From an uncultured Lachnospiraceae bacterium (lineage in GTDB: Bacteria; Bacillota; Clostridia; Lachnospirales; Lachnospiraceae), in NCBI GenBank assembly GCA_947586255.1, contig CANPXP010000005.1:4914-68913 (forward strand): a stretch of DNA of 64,000 nucleotides, written 5' to 3'. Below the pieces are notes generated by a model. The model ran no database searches. It saw only the letters and a program-made list of their open reading frames with translations, and was not told the DNA's origin. The position numbers and the translations under genes were made by a program. Numbering within the stretch: the stretch's first letter is position 1; each line of letters opens with the position of its first letter. Positions 47,938 to 58,888 of the stretch are shown one piece after another.

Positions 47938-49046
47938 TCTTGACATACAACCTTCAGTTTTTTGCCAAGGACGGACCGGGCGGAGAGAAGACGGAGGAGC
48001 CTACATCCAAGAAGCTGACCGACGCCCGCAAGGAGGGGCAGGTCGCCAAGAGCAAGGAGATCACCAACGCTTTTGAACTTCTGGCCTTCTTCGGAACGGT
48101 CTATTTCTGGGTGCAGTACATGGGGACGTTCTTTGTCGGCGACATGTACGATATCTACACGCAGATACCCGAGTATGTCAAAATGTACGACGGGCATATA
48201 CAGAGCCAGACTTTCAGCGCGCTGTTCGTGCAGTCGATGCTGCGGATTCTCCTGATTATGGCGCCGTTTCTGGCGGTCGGCTTTTTCGTGTCGTTCGTGA
48301 CGAACGTGATACAGGTCAAGTGGCAGATTACGACGAAGCCGCTGCAGCCCAAACTCAGCAAGCTGAATCCGATCAACGGCTTTAAGCGCTTTTTTTCCGT
48401 GAATTCCCTGATGGAGCTTGTGAAGTCGATTCTCAAGATCGGGCTGGTGGCCTACGTGGTGTACTCTTATCTCAAAAAGAATATGCCGCCGCTCTACCAG
48501 TTCTACGGGCTGTCCCTGCAGCAGGGCATCATGACGGTCGGCACGCTCGTGGTGGAGCTGGGACTGCGGATTTCGCTTTTCTATATGATCATCGCGCTTC
48601 TCGACTGGGTTTACCAGAAGGTGAAGTTCAAGAACGACATGAAGATGACCAAACAGGAAGTGAAGGACGAGTACAAGAACCAGGAGGGAGATCCGCAGAT
48701 CAAGGGCAAGCAGCGTCAGAGGATGCAGGAGGCTTCCAGAAGACGTATGATGCAGCAGCTGCCGCAGGCGGATGTGGTTATCACGAACCCGACGCACTAC
48801 GCGGTGGCGATCAAGTATGATCAGGATCTCTACGACGCGCCCTATGTGGTGGCCAAGGGAGCCGATTATCTGGCGCAGAAGATCAAGGAAGAGGCGAAGG
48901 AACACCACATCGAGATCGTGGAGAACAAGCCGCTGGCGCGTATGCTCTACGCCAACGTGGATGTGGGCGGCGTCGTCCCGCCGGAGCTGTATCAGGCGGT
49001 GGCGGAGGTGCTCGCCTTCGTATATCACCTGCAGGGCAAGGTATAA
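47934..49046 (+). CDS. flhB: export protein FlhB
   Basis: EKTEEPT, NPTH autocleavage motif. Confidence 0.97.
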   Translation: MILTYNLQFFAKDGPGGEKTEEPTSKKLTDARKEGQVAKSKEITNAFELLAFFGTVYFWVQYMGTFFVGDMYDIYTQIPEYVKMYDGHIQSQTFSALFVQSMLRILLIMAPFLAVGFFVSFVTNVIQVKWQITTKPLQPKLSKLNPINGFKRFFSVNSLMELVKSILKIGLVAYVVYSYLKKNMPPLYQFYGLSLQQGIMTVGTLVVELGLRISLFYMIIALLDWVYQKVKFKNDMKMTKQEVKDEYKNQEGDPQIKGKQRQRMQEASRRRMMQQLPQADVVITNPTHYAVAIKYDQDLYDAPYVVAKGADYLAQKIKEEAKEHHIEIVENKPLARMLYANVDVGGVVPPELYQAVAEVLAFVYHLQGKV

Positions 49047-49105
49047 CCGGAGCGGACTGCGGGCAGTAATTTGAAGGAAAGTTTGAAGGAAAGGAGGAGA
49101 AGCGT

Positions 49106-51148
49106 ATGGGAAATCTGAAGAAGGCCGATATAGGCGTCACCGCCTATGTGCTCGCGGCGTTTGTCATGCTGATCGTGCCGATCACCTCGGGGCTTCTGGA
49201 CGTGCTGCTGGCGTGCAATATCGCCGTGGCGTTCACGGTTATGTTCGGCTGCATGTTCGCCGAGGATGTGCTGAAAATGTCCTATTTCCCGACGATCCTC
49301 CTCTTCACGACGATTTTCAGGATCGCGCTGAACGTCTCCTCGACGAGACTGATCCTGACGACGGGCGATCCGGGCAACGTGGTCCGCACCTTCGGACAGT
49401 ATGTGGGCGGCGGCGATCTCGTCATCGGCGTCATCGTCTTCATCATTCTGATCCTGGTGCAGTTCATGATTATCAACAAGGGTTCCGAGCGTGTGGCCGA
49501 GGTGACGGCGAGATTTACGCTGGACGCCATGCCCGGTAAGCAGATGGCCATCGACGCGGACTTGAACACGGGCGCGATCAACGACGCGGAGGCCAAGAGA
49601 CGCCGCGACAAGATTCAGGAGGAGGCCAGCTTCTTCGGTTCCATGGACGGTGCCGTGAAGTACGTCAAGGGAGACGCCACGGCCGGCCTGATCATCACCT
49701 TTGTCAACATCATCGGCGGTATCGCCATGGGAATGTGGCGCCGCGGCATGGAGATGAGCGACGCGCTCTCGACCTACACGATCCTGACCATCGGCGACGG
49801 ACTGGTGAGCCAGATTCCGTCTCTGCTGATCTCACTCTCCACCGGTATTCTCGTCACCAAGGGTTCCAAGGACGCGGACTTCGGCACGGTGCTGATCAGC
49901 CAGCTGTTCGGGACGCCGAAGGTGCTCTATCTGGTGGGAGCGGTGATTGCGGGGCTGGGGATTGTCACCCCGCTCAACACGGTCGTGTTCGTGGGACTGG
50001 GCATCGTCTTTATCGTGGTCGGCCGGGTGATGGCCGGCACCATCGAGACGGCGGAGATCGAGCACGAGGCGGACGAGGAGGAGGCAGCGGCGGAGGAGAT
50101 CCGGCAGCCGGAGAACGTCACGTCGCTTCTGCAGGTGGATCCCATCGAGCTGGAGTTCGGCTACGGCATCATACCGCTGGCCGACGTCAACCAGGGCGGC
50201 GACCTTCTGGACCGCGTCGTCATGATCAGGCGGCAGATAGCGCTGGAGCTCGGTACTGTGGTGCCGATTATTCGTCTGCGTGATAACATACAGTTGAATC
50301 CGAACCAATATATTATTAAAATAAAAGGCGTACAGGTCAGTGAGGGCGAGATCCTCTTCGATCACTACATGGCGATGAATCCGGGCTATGTGGAGGAGGA
50401 GATCACGGGTATTCCGACCTTCGAGCCTTCCTTCCACCTGCCGGCGATCTGGATCACGGAGGGACAGCGGGAGCGCGCGGAGAGCATGGGTTACACTGTG
50501 GTCGATCCGCCGTCCATCATCGCGACCCATCTGACCGAGATTATCAGGCAGTACATCGCGGAGCTTCTGACGAGGCAGGATGTACAGAACCTGATCAACA
50601 ACCTGAGAGAGTCCAACCCCTCGCTGGTGGAGGAACTTTTCCCGAAGCTGCTTGGGCTGGGTGAGATACAGAAGGTGCTGCAGAATCTGCTGAAGGAAGG
50701 CGTCTCCATCAGGGATCTGCTGACGATCTTCGAGACGCTTGCGGACTATGCGACGACGACGAGAGACACCGATATCCTGACGGAATATGTCAGACAGAGC
50801 CTGAAGAGGGCGATTTCCGGCAAGTTCTTCCCGACCGGCGAGACGACCAGCGTGGTGACGCTGGATCCGAAGCTGGAGCAGGAGATCATGGCCAGCGTGA
50901 AGCAGACGGAGCAGGGGGCTTATCTGACCCTCGATCCCGCCAAGACCAAGGCGATCATGGACTCCGTCGGCGCGGAGACGAAGAAGCTGGAGGATCTGGG
51001 CAGGATGCCGATCGTGATCACGTCGCCGATTGTGAGAGTGTACTTTAAGAAGCTGACGGAAGATTACTACAAGGATCTGATCGTCGTATCTTACAATGAA
51101 GTGGAATCCAACATTGAATTACAGTCTGTTGGGATGGTGACAGCATAA
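49106..51148 (+). CDS. flhA: export protein FlhA
   Basis: RFTLDAMPGKQMAIDADL. Confidence 0.98.
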   Translation: MGNLKKADIGVTAYVLAAFVMLIVPITSGLLDVLLACNIAVAFTVMFGCMFAEDVLKMSYFPTILLFTTIFRIALNVSSTRLILTTGDPGNVVRTFGQYVGGGDLVIGVIVFIILILVQFMIINKGSERVAEVTARFTLDAMPGKQMAIDADLNTGAINDAEAKRRRDKIQEEASFFGSMDGAVKYVKGDATAGLIITFVNIIGGIAMGMWRRGMEMSDALSTYTILTIGDGLVSQIPSLLISLSTGILVTKGSKDADFGTVLISQLFGTPKVLYLVGAVIAGLGIVTPLNTVVFVGLGIVFIVVGRVMAGTIETAEIEHEADEEEAAAEEIRQPENVTSLLQVDPIELEFGYGIIPLADVNQGGDLLDRVVMIRRQIALELGTVVPIIRLRDNIQLNPNQYIIKIKGVQVSEGEILFDHYMAMNPGYVEEEITGIPTFEPSFHLPAIWITEGQRERAESMGYTVVDPPSIIATHLTEIIRQYIAELLTRQDVQNLINNLRESNPSLVEELFPKLLGLGEIQKVLQNLLKEGVSIRDLLTIFETLADYATTTRDTDILTEYVRQSLKRAISGKFFPTGETTSVVTLDPKLEQEIMASVKQTEQGAYLTLDPAKTKAIMDSVGAETKKLEDLGRMPIVITSPIVRVYFKKLTEDYYKDLIVVSYNEVESNIELQSVGMVTA

Positions 51149-52362
51149 TGATAATCAAGAAATTTACCGCAAAAACCGAGAAAGAGGCAGTGGAGAACGC
51201 CAAGAAGGAGCTGGGCGACGGCGTTGTGGTCATGAACGTCAAGGACGTCAAGGCGAAAGGCTTTTTCTCCTTCCTGAAGCCGCATCTGACGGAGGTGACC
51301 GTGGCGCTGGAGGAGGAGAGCGAGCGATACACGGCGGCGGTGTCTGCCATCAACAGCGTAATCGCCTCCAGTGAGAAGAAGGAGGAGGCGGCGCAGGCCT
51401 CTCCCGCTCCCGCGGCGGAGAACCGGGAGGCGGCCGCGAAGGGGAACAGCAGCGCGATCGAGGAGAAGCTGGACAGTCTGCAGTACCTGCTGGAGCAGCA
51501 GCTGCAGAAGCCCGAGGAGCCGAAGGAGACCGGGGAAGAGAAGAAGGAGCAGAAGGAAGAGACGGAGATCGACCGCTTCATGAAGCTTCTGCACAATACG
51601 ATGCTGGACAATGAGGTGGATGAGAAGTACGCGCAGGATATCATCGGGGAGATCGCGCAGGTCAACAAGCCGAATATGCCCTTCGACTATGCGCTCGCCA
51701 ACATCTACCAGAAAATGATACTGAAATTCGGTATGCCGAGCTGCATCACACCGGCCCAGAAAGGAATCAAGATGGTGTTCTTCCTCGGGCCGACGGGCGT
51801 GGGTAAGACGACGACCATCGCCAAGATCGCGTCGATTTTCCGGGTGGATCAGAAGAAAAAGGTGGCGCTTCTGACCGCGGACACCTACCGCATCGCGGCG
51901 GCGGAGCAGCTTCGGACTTACGCGAACATTCTGGAGGTGCCCTTCCGCATCATCTACACCGTGGAGGAGATCGAGAAGGCGATGGAGGATTTCCGCGACT
52001 ACGATTACATTCTGGTGGACACGGCGGGACATTCCCACCAGAACAGCGCGCAGAAGGAGAGCATGAACAAGTTCATTCACTCCGTGGACGGCAAGGCGGA
52101 GAAGGAAGTGTACCTTGTCCTCAGCGCGACGACGAAATACCGCGATCTGATCAGTATAGCGGACGCGTACAAGGAGATGACGGACTTCAAGCTGATCTTC
52201 ACGAAGCTGGACGAGACGACGACGCTGGGGAATCTGCTCAATCTCAGGTTATATACGGATGCGGAGCTTTCCTATGTGACTTACGGACAGAATGTGCCGG
52301 ACGATATCGAGGAATTTAACCCGCAGCGCACGGTGAAGAGATTACTCGGGGGAAAGAACTAA
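51148..52362 (+). CDS. flhF: SRP-family GTPase FlhF
   Basis: GPTGVGKTTT, DTYRIAA, DTAG, TKLDE. Confidence 0.95.
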   Translation: MIIKKFTAKTEKEAVENAKKELGDGVVVMNVKDVKAKGFFSFLKPHLTEVTVALEEESERYTAAVSAINSVIASSEKKEEAAQASPAPAAENREAAAKGNSSAIEEKLDSLQYLLEQQLQKPEEPKETGEEKKEQKEETEIDRFMKLLHNTMLDNEVDEKYAQDIIGEIAQVNKPNMPFDYALANIYQKMILKFGMPSCITPAQKGIKMVFFLGPTGVGKTTTIAKIASIFRVDQKKKVALLTADTYRIAAAEQLRTYANILEVPFRIIYTVEEIEKAMEDFRDYDYILVDTAGHSHQNSAQKESMNKFIHSVDGKAEKEVYLVLSATTKYRDLISIADAYKEMTDFKLIFTKLDETTTLGNLLNLRLYTDAELSYVTYGQNVPDDIEEFNPQRTVKRLLGGKN

Positions 52363-52374
52363 GGAGGAGGCCTC

Positions 52375-53250
52375 ATGGATCAGGCTGAACAATTAAGGAA
52401 TATCATCAAGGCAGGCAGCCAGCCGCAGCGCCCTCTGGCCAGAGTCATCACCGTGACGAGCGGCAAGGGCGGCGTGGGCAAATCCAACACGGCGATCAAT
52501 CTGGCAATCCAGTTCCGCAAGATGGGACAGCGCGTGATTATACTCGACGCGGATTTCGGGCTGGCGAACATCGAGGTTATGTTCGGGGCGGTTCCTAAAC
52601 ATAACTTGTGTGATTTAATATATCAGGGCAAGAACATCAAGGAGATTATCACCTGGGGACCGATGGAGGTGGGCTTTATCTCCGGCGGCTCCGGCATAGC
52701 GGGCATGTCCAACTTAAGCAAGGATTACCTGAATTACATCATCCAGAATCTGGTGGAACTGGACGAGATGGCGGACACGATCATTGTGGATACGGGGGCA
52801 GGCATTTCCGACGCCGTTCTCGAATTTCTGGTGGCGAGCGGAGAGATTCTTCTGGTGACGACGCCGGAACCGACCTCCATCACGGATTCCTACTCGCTCT
52901 TAAAGGCGCTGAGCAGACATCCCCGGTACTCGCCGGAGGCATCGCAGATCAAGGTGCTCGCCAACAAGGTGTTCGGGGAGGCCGAGGCCGAGGCGCTCTA
53001 TGAGAAGCTGGAGGCCGTGGTGGGCAGATATCTGAAAATGCCGATCACGTATCTCGGCATGATCCCGCAGGACACGCAGCTGGCGAAGGCCGTGATGCAG
53101 CAGATGCCGGTGTCCCTGGACAATCCGAGGGCGAGGTCGGCCGTGGCTTACGAGGCGATCGCGGCGAAACTGATGAACAAGGAACTCGCCTCCAATGTGA
53201 CGAGGCGCGGCATGGCGGCATTTTTCTCGCACATCATATCCAAGAGATAG
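52375..53250 (+). CDS. flhG: MinD-like ATPase FlhG/FleN
   Basis: MDQAEQLR, SGKGGVGKS. Confidence 0.93.
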   Translation: MDQAEQLRNIIKAGSQPQRPLARVITVTSGKGGVGKSNTAINLAIQFRKMGQRVIILDADFGLANIEVMFGAVPKHNLCDLIYQGKNIKEIITWGPMEVGFISGGSGIAGMSNLSKDYLNYIIQNLVELDEMADTIIVDTGAGISDAVLEFLVASGEILLVTTPEPTSITDSYSLLKALSRHPRYSPEASQIKVLANKVFGEAEAEALYEKLEAVVGRYLKMPITYLGMIPQDTQLAKAVMQQMPVSLDNPRARSAVAYEAIAAKLMNKELASNVTRRGMAAFFSHIISKR

Positions 53251-53280
53251 AGAAGCCGCCTGCAGAGAGGGAGGGACAGA

Positions 53281-54015
53281 ATGGCCAATCTTTTATCGAA
53301 GTATGTGACGCCGGGCAGCCGTGTGGATCTGCAGGAGGCGGAGCGCATGAGGGACGAGGGCGCCGAGGGGCGCAAGAGCTATCAGAGCCGGGTGCTCGAC
53401 GTCATCTCCGAGGACAGGGTGGAGATCGCCATGCCGATGGAGAAATCCAAGCTGATCCTGCTGCCCGTGGACGGGGAGTATGACCTGTACTTTTACTCCG
53501 ACAGCGGCCTGTATCAGTGCTATGCGCGGATCGTTGACCGCTATAAAAATAACAGCCTTTATGTTTTGGTGTTTGATCTGATCAGCAACCTGCGCAAGCA
53601 CCAGAGAAGGGAATATTACCGTTTCAGCTGCGCCCTGGAGATGAGTTCCAGAGAGCTGCAGGAGGAGGAAGAGGCCGCTCTTTCGGGAGAAGGCGGCAGA
53701 ATCCTGATGCCGCAGCTGCCCCTGAAGAGCAGCGTCATCGTGGACATCAGCGGCGGCGGACTCAGATTTGTGGCGAATTACGCCTACGAGCTCCAGAGCC
53801 TGATCCTGTGCAGATACAATCTGACGGTGGCCGGCGAGAACAAGGAGTACAATCTGATCGGCAAGGTGCTGAGCGTGCGGGAGCTGGAAAATCGCAAGGG
53901 AGTATTTGAACACAGGGTTCAGTATGTCAATGTGGACGACGCCGAGCGGGAGGAGATCATCAGGTATATCTTTGATGAGGAGCGCCGGACGCTGAAGAAT
54001 CTGAAGGGAGAATAG
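53281..54015 (+). CDS. PilZ-domain flagellar brake protein (YcgR/MotI-like)
   Basis: QRREYYR and DISGGG c-di-GMP binding motifs. Confidence 0.9.
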   Translation: MANLLSKYVTPGSRVDLQEAERMRDEGAEGRKSYQSRVLDVISEDRVEIAMPMEKSKLILLPVDGEYDLYFYSDSGLYQCYARIVDRYKNNSLYVLVFDLISNLRKHQRREYYRFSCALEMSSRELQEEEEAALSGEGGRILMPQLPLKSSVIVDISGGGLRFVANYAYELQSLILCRYNLTVAGENKEYNLIGKVLSVRELENRKGVFEHRVQYVNVDDAEREEIIRYIFDEERRTLKNLKGE

Positions 54016-54031
54016 TAGGAGAGGCGAGAAT

Positions 54032-55108
54032 ATGGATAAGAAAAAAATATTGGTCGTTGACGACTCTGCACTCATGAGAAGAGTGCTCTGTGATATAATC
54101 GAGAGTGATGAGAGATTCCAGGTGGCGGACCGCGCCGTCAACGGAGTGGAAGCGCTGGATCTTCTGACGAGAAAGACCTACGACGCGGTGGTGCTGGACG
54201 TCAATATGCCGCAGATGAACGGCCTGGAGCTGCTCAAGGAACTCCAGAAGCGCAAGATCTCGGTTCGGGTCATGATGGCGAGCACGGACACGAAGGAAGG
54301 GGCCAAGACGACGCTGGACGCGTTGGAGTTGGGCGCGTTGGATTTCGTACATAAGCCTAACAACGCGATGGACTGCCGGACGGACGTCTTCAAGGACAAG
54401 ATCCTGAGCACGCTCTCGGCGGTGGTCGAATCCAGAATTTCCTCCTTCGGCAAGCCTTTTACGATGGAGGATCTGAAGACTTCCAAGAAGGTTGTGGAGC
54501 TTGTCAGCAGGCACGCCTCCGCGGTGGCGGGCAACCGGATCGTGGCGCTCGCGAGCTCGACGGGCGGACCGAAGGCACTGCAGTCGGTGATCCCGAGACT
54601 GCCGAAGAATCTGAAGGCGCCCGTGGTCATCGTACAGCACATGCCGGCGGGCTTCACCGCATCCTTGGCCGAGCGGCTGGACTCCTTGAGCGAGGTTCAC
54701 GTCAAGGAGGCCGCGGAAGGGGACGTCCTGGAGGCGGGAACGGTGTACATCGCCATGGGCGGCAAGCATCTGAACGTTCAGACTTCGGCGGGCAAGTGCA
54801 CGATCCACTACACGGAGCAGCCCACCAGGGAAGGCGTCAGACCGTGCGCCAACTACATGTACGAGTCTCTGATGGACAGCCGGTTCGACAATGTCGTCTG
54901 CGTTGTCATGACGGGTATGGGCGCGGACGGCACGGAAGGAATCAAACATCTGAAAGAAAAGAAAAAGGTTCATGTAATTGCGCAGGAGGCGAGCACCTGC
55001 GCGGTGTACGGTATGCCGAAGAGCGTCGTGAACGCGGGGCTGACGGATCAGATCGTACCGCTTGACCAGATCGCACAGGAAATCATAATGAACGTGGGGG
55101 TAAAATAA
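54032..55108 (+). CDS. cheB: chemotaxis methylesterase CheB
   Basis: Receiver domain plus SSTGGP, QHMP, TGMGADG. Confidence 0.96.
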   Translation: MDKKKILVVDDSALMRRVLCDIIESDERFQVADRAVNGVEALDLLTRKTYDAVVLDVNMPQMNGLELLKELQKRKISVRVMMASTDTKEGAKTTLDALELGALDFVHKPNNAMDCRTDVFKDKILSTLSAVVESRISSFGKPFTMEDLKTSKKVVELVSRHASAVAGNRIVALASSTGGPKALQSVIPRLPKNLKAPVVIVQHMPAGFTASLAERLDSLSEVHVKEAAEGDVLEAGTVYIAMGGKHLNVQTSAGKCTIHYTEQPTREGVRPCANYMYESLMDSRFDNVVCVVMTGMGADGTEGIKHLKEKKKVHVIAQEASTCAVYGMPKSVVNAGLTDQIVPLDQIAQEIIMNVGVK

Positions 55109-55109
55109 C

Positions 55110-57230
55110 ATGGATGTAAGTCAGTATCTCGAAATTTTCCTTGATGAAACAAGTGAACATCTGCAGAACCTGAATACGCAGATCCTCTCATTGGAACAGG
55201 ACCCGGGCAATATGGACACCATCAATGAGATCTTCCGTGCGGCTCATTCCCTGAAGGGCATGGCGGGTACGATGGGCTACAAGAGAATGCAGAACCTGAC
55301 CCATGATATGGAGAATGTGTTCTCGGAGGTCCGCAACGGCAACATTACCGTGAAGGCGGGCATGATCGACGTGCTGTTCCAGTGCCTGGACGCTCTGGAG
55401 GAGTACACGACCAATATCCGCGAGAATGCTGACGAGGGAACGAACGATAACGAGCCGCTCATCAAGCAGCTCAACGACATATTGAACGGCGGAGAAGGCG
55501 GGGAGGATGCGGCCGCAAAGCCCGCGGAGAAGGCGGCGGCGCCCGCGGCGGCTGCGGAGAGCAGCGGCGATCACGGCGATAAGAAGTGGCTCGACATCAA
55601 ACTCGGCGATTCCGAGAGAAGCGTGTTAAAGGGCGCGATCGAGGAGGGCAAGAAGGTGTACGGCCTGACCGTCAAGGTGCAGGAATCCTGCATCCTGAAG
55701 GCGGCGAGAGCATTCCTGGTGTTCAAGGCGATCGAGGAGACCAGCGAAATTCTCCTCTCCAACCCCTCCGCGCAGGATATTGAAGACGAGAAATTCGAGC
55801 TGGATTTCAGCCTGATCGTTATCTCCGGGGCGGAGCTGGATCAGGTGATCGCCGCGGCGAAGAACGTGTCCGAGATTGAGGACGTCATCGGCGGCGTGGT
55901 CGATCCTGACGGCGCGCCTGCTGCCACGGAGGAAGCGGAACCCGCCAAGGAGGAGACGAAACCCGCGGAGGTACAGAAGCCGGAACCCGCGGCGGCGCCT
56001 GCGGCGAGCAAGCCGGCAGCGTCCGCGTCCGGCGGCAAGAAGAACGACGAGAAGAAACCGAGCGCAGGCAAGCCGGTTGTCAACAGAACCGTCAGAGTGG
56101 ACATCGAGAAGCTGGATACGCTGATGAATCTGGTGAGCGAGCTGATTATCGCCAAGAACTCCCTCGTGGCGGCGTCGGCGGCGTCCGGCACCTCCAGCAC
56201 GGCGGTGAACGAGCAGATCGAGTATCTGGAGAGCGTTACCACATCCCTGCACGAGTCGGTCATGAAGGTGCGCATGGTGCCCATCGAGAGCACGGTGAGC
56301 AAATTCCCGCGCATGGTCCGCGATCTGCAGAAGAAGCTTGGCAAGAAGATGGAGCTGTATATGTCCGGTGAGGAGACGGAGCTTGACCGCACCGTGGTGG
56401 ACGAGATCGGCGATCCGCTGATGCACCTGCTCAGAAATTCCGCCGACCACGGTCTGGAATCCGCTGAGGTCCGCAAGGAGAGAGGCAAGCCGGAGGTCGG
56501 ATCGATCTTCCTCGACGCTTATCAGGACGGCAACAACGTCATCATCGAGGTGCGGGACGACGGTAACGGTATCGATACGGAAGCGGTCAGAAACAAGGCC
56601 ATCGAGAAAGGCATCATCACACCCGAACAGGCGGAGAATATGAGCGAGAAGGACAGCATCGACCTGCTGTTCCACGCGGGCTTCTCCACGGCGAAGGTCG
56701 TGTCCGATGTGTCTGGCCGCGGCGTAGGTCTGGATGTAGTCAAATCCAAGATCGAGGCGCTGAGCGGTGAAGTGGAAGTCAAGAGCAAGCTCGGCGAGGG
56801 AAGTTCCTGGATTATCAGACTGCCCCTGACGCTGGCGATCATACAGGCTCTTATGGTGGATATCGGCAACGAGAAGTACGCGATCTCTCTGGGCTCCATT
56901 CAGACGATCGAGGATATCGCGCCCTCGGATGTGAAGTTCGTGCAGGCGAAGGAAGTGATCCAGCTGCGTGATCTGGTCATCCCGCTGATCCGCCTGAACG
57001 AGATTCTCGACGTGGAGAGCAAGAAGGACCCGAACGATAACCTGGTCGTTGTGGTAGTCAAGAAGGGCGACAAGCAGGCCGGTCTGGTTGTGGATGAACT
57101 GATCGGGCAGCAGGAGATCGTTATCAAGTCGCTTGGCAAATATATCAGCAAGTGCAAGATCATCAGCGGCGCTACCGTCCTCGGCGACGGCGAGGTTGCC
57201 CTGATTCTCGACGCCAACACGCTGATTTAA
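55110..57230 (+). CDS. cheA: chemotaxis histidine kinase CheA
   Basis: FRAAHSLKG, HLLRNSADHG, SGRGVGLDVV. Confidence 0.97.
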   Translation: MDVSQYLEIFLDETSEHLQNLNTQILSLEQDPGNMDTINEIFRAAHSLKGMAGTMGYKRMQNLTHDMENVFSEVRNGNITVKAGMIDVLFQCLDALEEYTTNIRENADEGTNDNEPLIKQLNDILNGGEGGEDAAAKPAEKAAAPAAAAESSGDHGDKKWLDIKLGDSERSVLKGAIEEGKKVYGLTVKVQESCILKAARAFLVFKAIEETSEILLSNPSAQDIEDEKFELDFSLIVISGAELDQVIAAAKNVSEIEDVIGGVVDPDGAPAATEEAEPAKEETKPAEVQKPEPAAAPAASKPAASASGGKKNDEKKPSAGKPVVNRTVRVDIEKLDTLMNLVSELIIAKNSLVAASAASGTSSTAVNEQIEYLESVTTSLHESVMKVRMVPIESTVSKFPRMVRDLQKKLGKKMELYMSGEETELDRTVVDEIGDPLMHLLRNSADHGLESAEVRKERGKPEVGSIFLDAYQDGNNVIIEVRDDGNGIDTEAVRNKAIEKGIITPEQAENMSEKDSIDLLFHAGFSTAKVVSDVSGRGVGLDVVKSKIEALSGEVEVKSKLGEGSSWIIRLPLTLAIIQALMVDIGNEKYAISLGSIQTIEDIAPSDVKFVQAKEVIQLRDLVIPLIRLNEILDVESKKDPNDNLVVVVVKKGDKQAGLVVDELIGQQEIVIKSLGKYISKCKIISGATVLGDGEVALILDANTLI

Positions 57231-57251
57231 CCGAAGGAGGGACAGTGCCAT

Positions 57252-57707
57252 ATGGATACAGAATTGAAGACAGTTGGGGAAACCAAACAGTTCATTGTGA
57301 TCAAACTCGGCGATGAACAGTACGGAATTGACATCAAATATATAGACAACATCGTCAGAATGCAGCATATCACCAGAGTGCCGAAGGTGGACGCTTACCT
57401 GAAGGGCGTGATCAACCTGCGCGGCGAGGTGATTCCCGTCATGAGCATCCGCATCAAGATGGGACTGGAGCCGGACGTGGAGACGAAGTCCAGCAGAATT
57501 ATCATTCTGAAGCTGGAGCAGCAGGGCATGATCGGCGTGATCGTCGACGAGGTCAAGGAGGTCGTCACGCTGGAGAGCGATCAGATTGAGAAGATGGCGT
57601 ATGACTCCAAGGATGACAAGAACAGCTTCCTGTGCGGCATCGGCAAGTGCGACGGCGGACTGATCTCTCTGCTTGACCTGAATTCCGTAGTGCTTGAGAA
57701 CGTTTAG
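57252..57707 (+). CDS. cheW: chemotaxis adaptor CheW
   Basis: GVINLRGEVIPV. Confidence 0.96.
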   Translation: MDTELKTVGETKQFIVIKLGDEQYGIDIKYIDNIVRMQHITRVPKVDAYLKGVINLRGEVIPVMSIRIKMGLEPDVETKSSRIIILKLEQQGMIGVIVDEVKEVVTLESDQIEKMAYDSKDDKNSFLCGIGKCDGGLISLLDLNSVVLENV

Positions 57708-57718
57708 GAGGTTTCACA

Positions 57719-58333
57719 GTGAGCGATATAACCGTGGAAAAAATGTCGGACGAATACTTCGACGTTTTGAAGGAGATAGGCAATATCGGGGCGGGCAACG
57801 CCACGACCGCGCTGGCGCAGATGATGCAGTGCAAGGTGGATATGTCCGTCCCGCAGGTCAGACTGCTGGAATTTAAAGAGATGGGCGAGATGATGGGCGG
57901 GGAAGAGACGATCATGGCCGGCATCTATCTCGGCATCGAAGGCGACATCACAGGCAGCATCATGTTTCTTCTGGAAAAGCAGGCGGCAAGACATCTCGTG
58001 GGAAAGCTGATGGGGATGCAGCCCGAAGGGGAGGAGTTCTCTGAGATGGAATTTTCCGCCCTCAAGGAAGTGGGCAATATCATCACCGGCGCATACTTAA
58101 ACTCCCTGTCAACGCTGACAAATCTTGTGATCTATCCGTCTGTTCCGGATCTCACGGTGGATATGGCGGGAGCGATCCTGAGCGTCCCGGCGATCCAGTT
58201 CGGTGAATTGGGCGACAAGATGCTGTTGATCCAGACACAATTTTTCGACGAGAATGTTTTGGACGGATATTTTATTCTGGTTCCGGATCTGGATTCCTAC
58301 GGCAAGATCCTGTCGGCTCTGGGAATCGCATAA
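57719..58333 (+). CDS. cheC: chemotaxis phosphatase CheC
   Basis: EIGNIGAGNA, EVGNI. Confidence 0.95.
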   Translation: MSDITVEKMSDEYFDVLKEIGNIGAGNATTALAQMMQCKVDMSVPQVRLLEFKEMGEMMGGEETIMAGIYLGIEGDITGSIMFLLEKQAARHLVGKLMGMQPEGEEFSEMEFSALKEVGNIITGAYLNSLSTLTNLVIYPSVPDLTVDMAGAILSVPAIQFGELGDKMLLIQTQFFDENVLDGYFILVPDLDSYGKILSALGIA

Positions 58334-58362
58334 GGGGAATCGCATAAAGTGTGTAACAGGAG

Positions 58363-58857
58363 ATGTCAGATATGGGCAATTTGATAAAGGTCGGTATGGC
58401 CGATTTGAATGTGTGCGTCAGTCCTGACAGTATCACGACACTGGGTCTGGGTTCCTGCGTCGGCATCGCTATCCGGGATCCGGTCACGAAGATAGGCGGC
58501 CTGGCGCATATTATGCTGCCGGACAGCACCTCCATCCGCAATAACACCAATATTCCGAAGTTCGCGGATACAGGCATCGAGGAGCTTGTGCGCAGGGTTG
58601 TGGCCAAGGGGGCGAGCAGAGGGCGTCTGGTGGCCAAGATTGCCGGCGGCGCGCAGATGTTTGCTTTTCAGAGTAAAAATGATATGGTTCGCGTGGGCGA
58701 GCGGAACGTGCAGGCGACCAAACAGAAGCTGGCGCAGCTCAAGATCCCTATTTTGGCAGAGGATACCGGTAAGAATTACGGGCGGACCGTTATTTTCTAT
58801 CCGGAGACGGGAGATTTCGTGATTCGCGCGGTGGGTAAGCCGGAGAGTGTGATCTAG
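58363..58857 (+). CDS. cheD: chemoreceptor deamidase CheD
   Basis: GLGSCVG, AHIMLP, KIAGGAQMF. Confidence 0.96.
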   Translation: MSDMGNLIKVGMADLNVCVSPDSITTLGLGSCVGIAIRDPVTKIGGLAHIMLPDSTSIRNNTNIPKFADTGIEELVRRVVAKGASRGRLVAKIAGGAQMFAFQSKNDMVRVGERNVQATKQKLAQLKIPILAEDTGKNYGRTVIFYPETGDFVIRAVGKPESVI

Positions 58858-58888
58858 CAGATTTCAGACGTGGCGGAAGGATCAGAAA

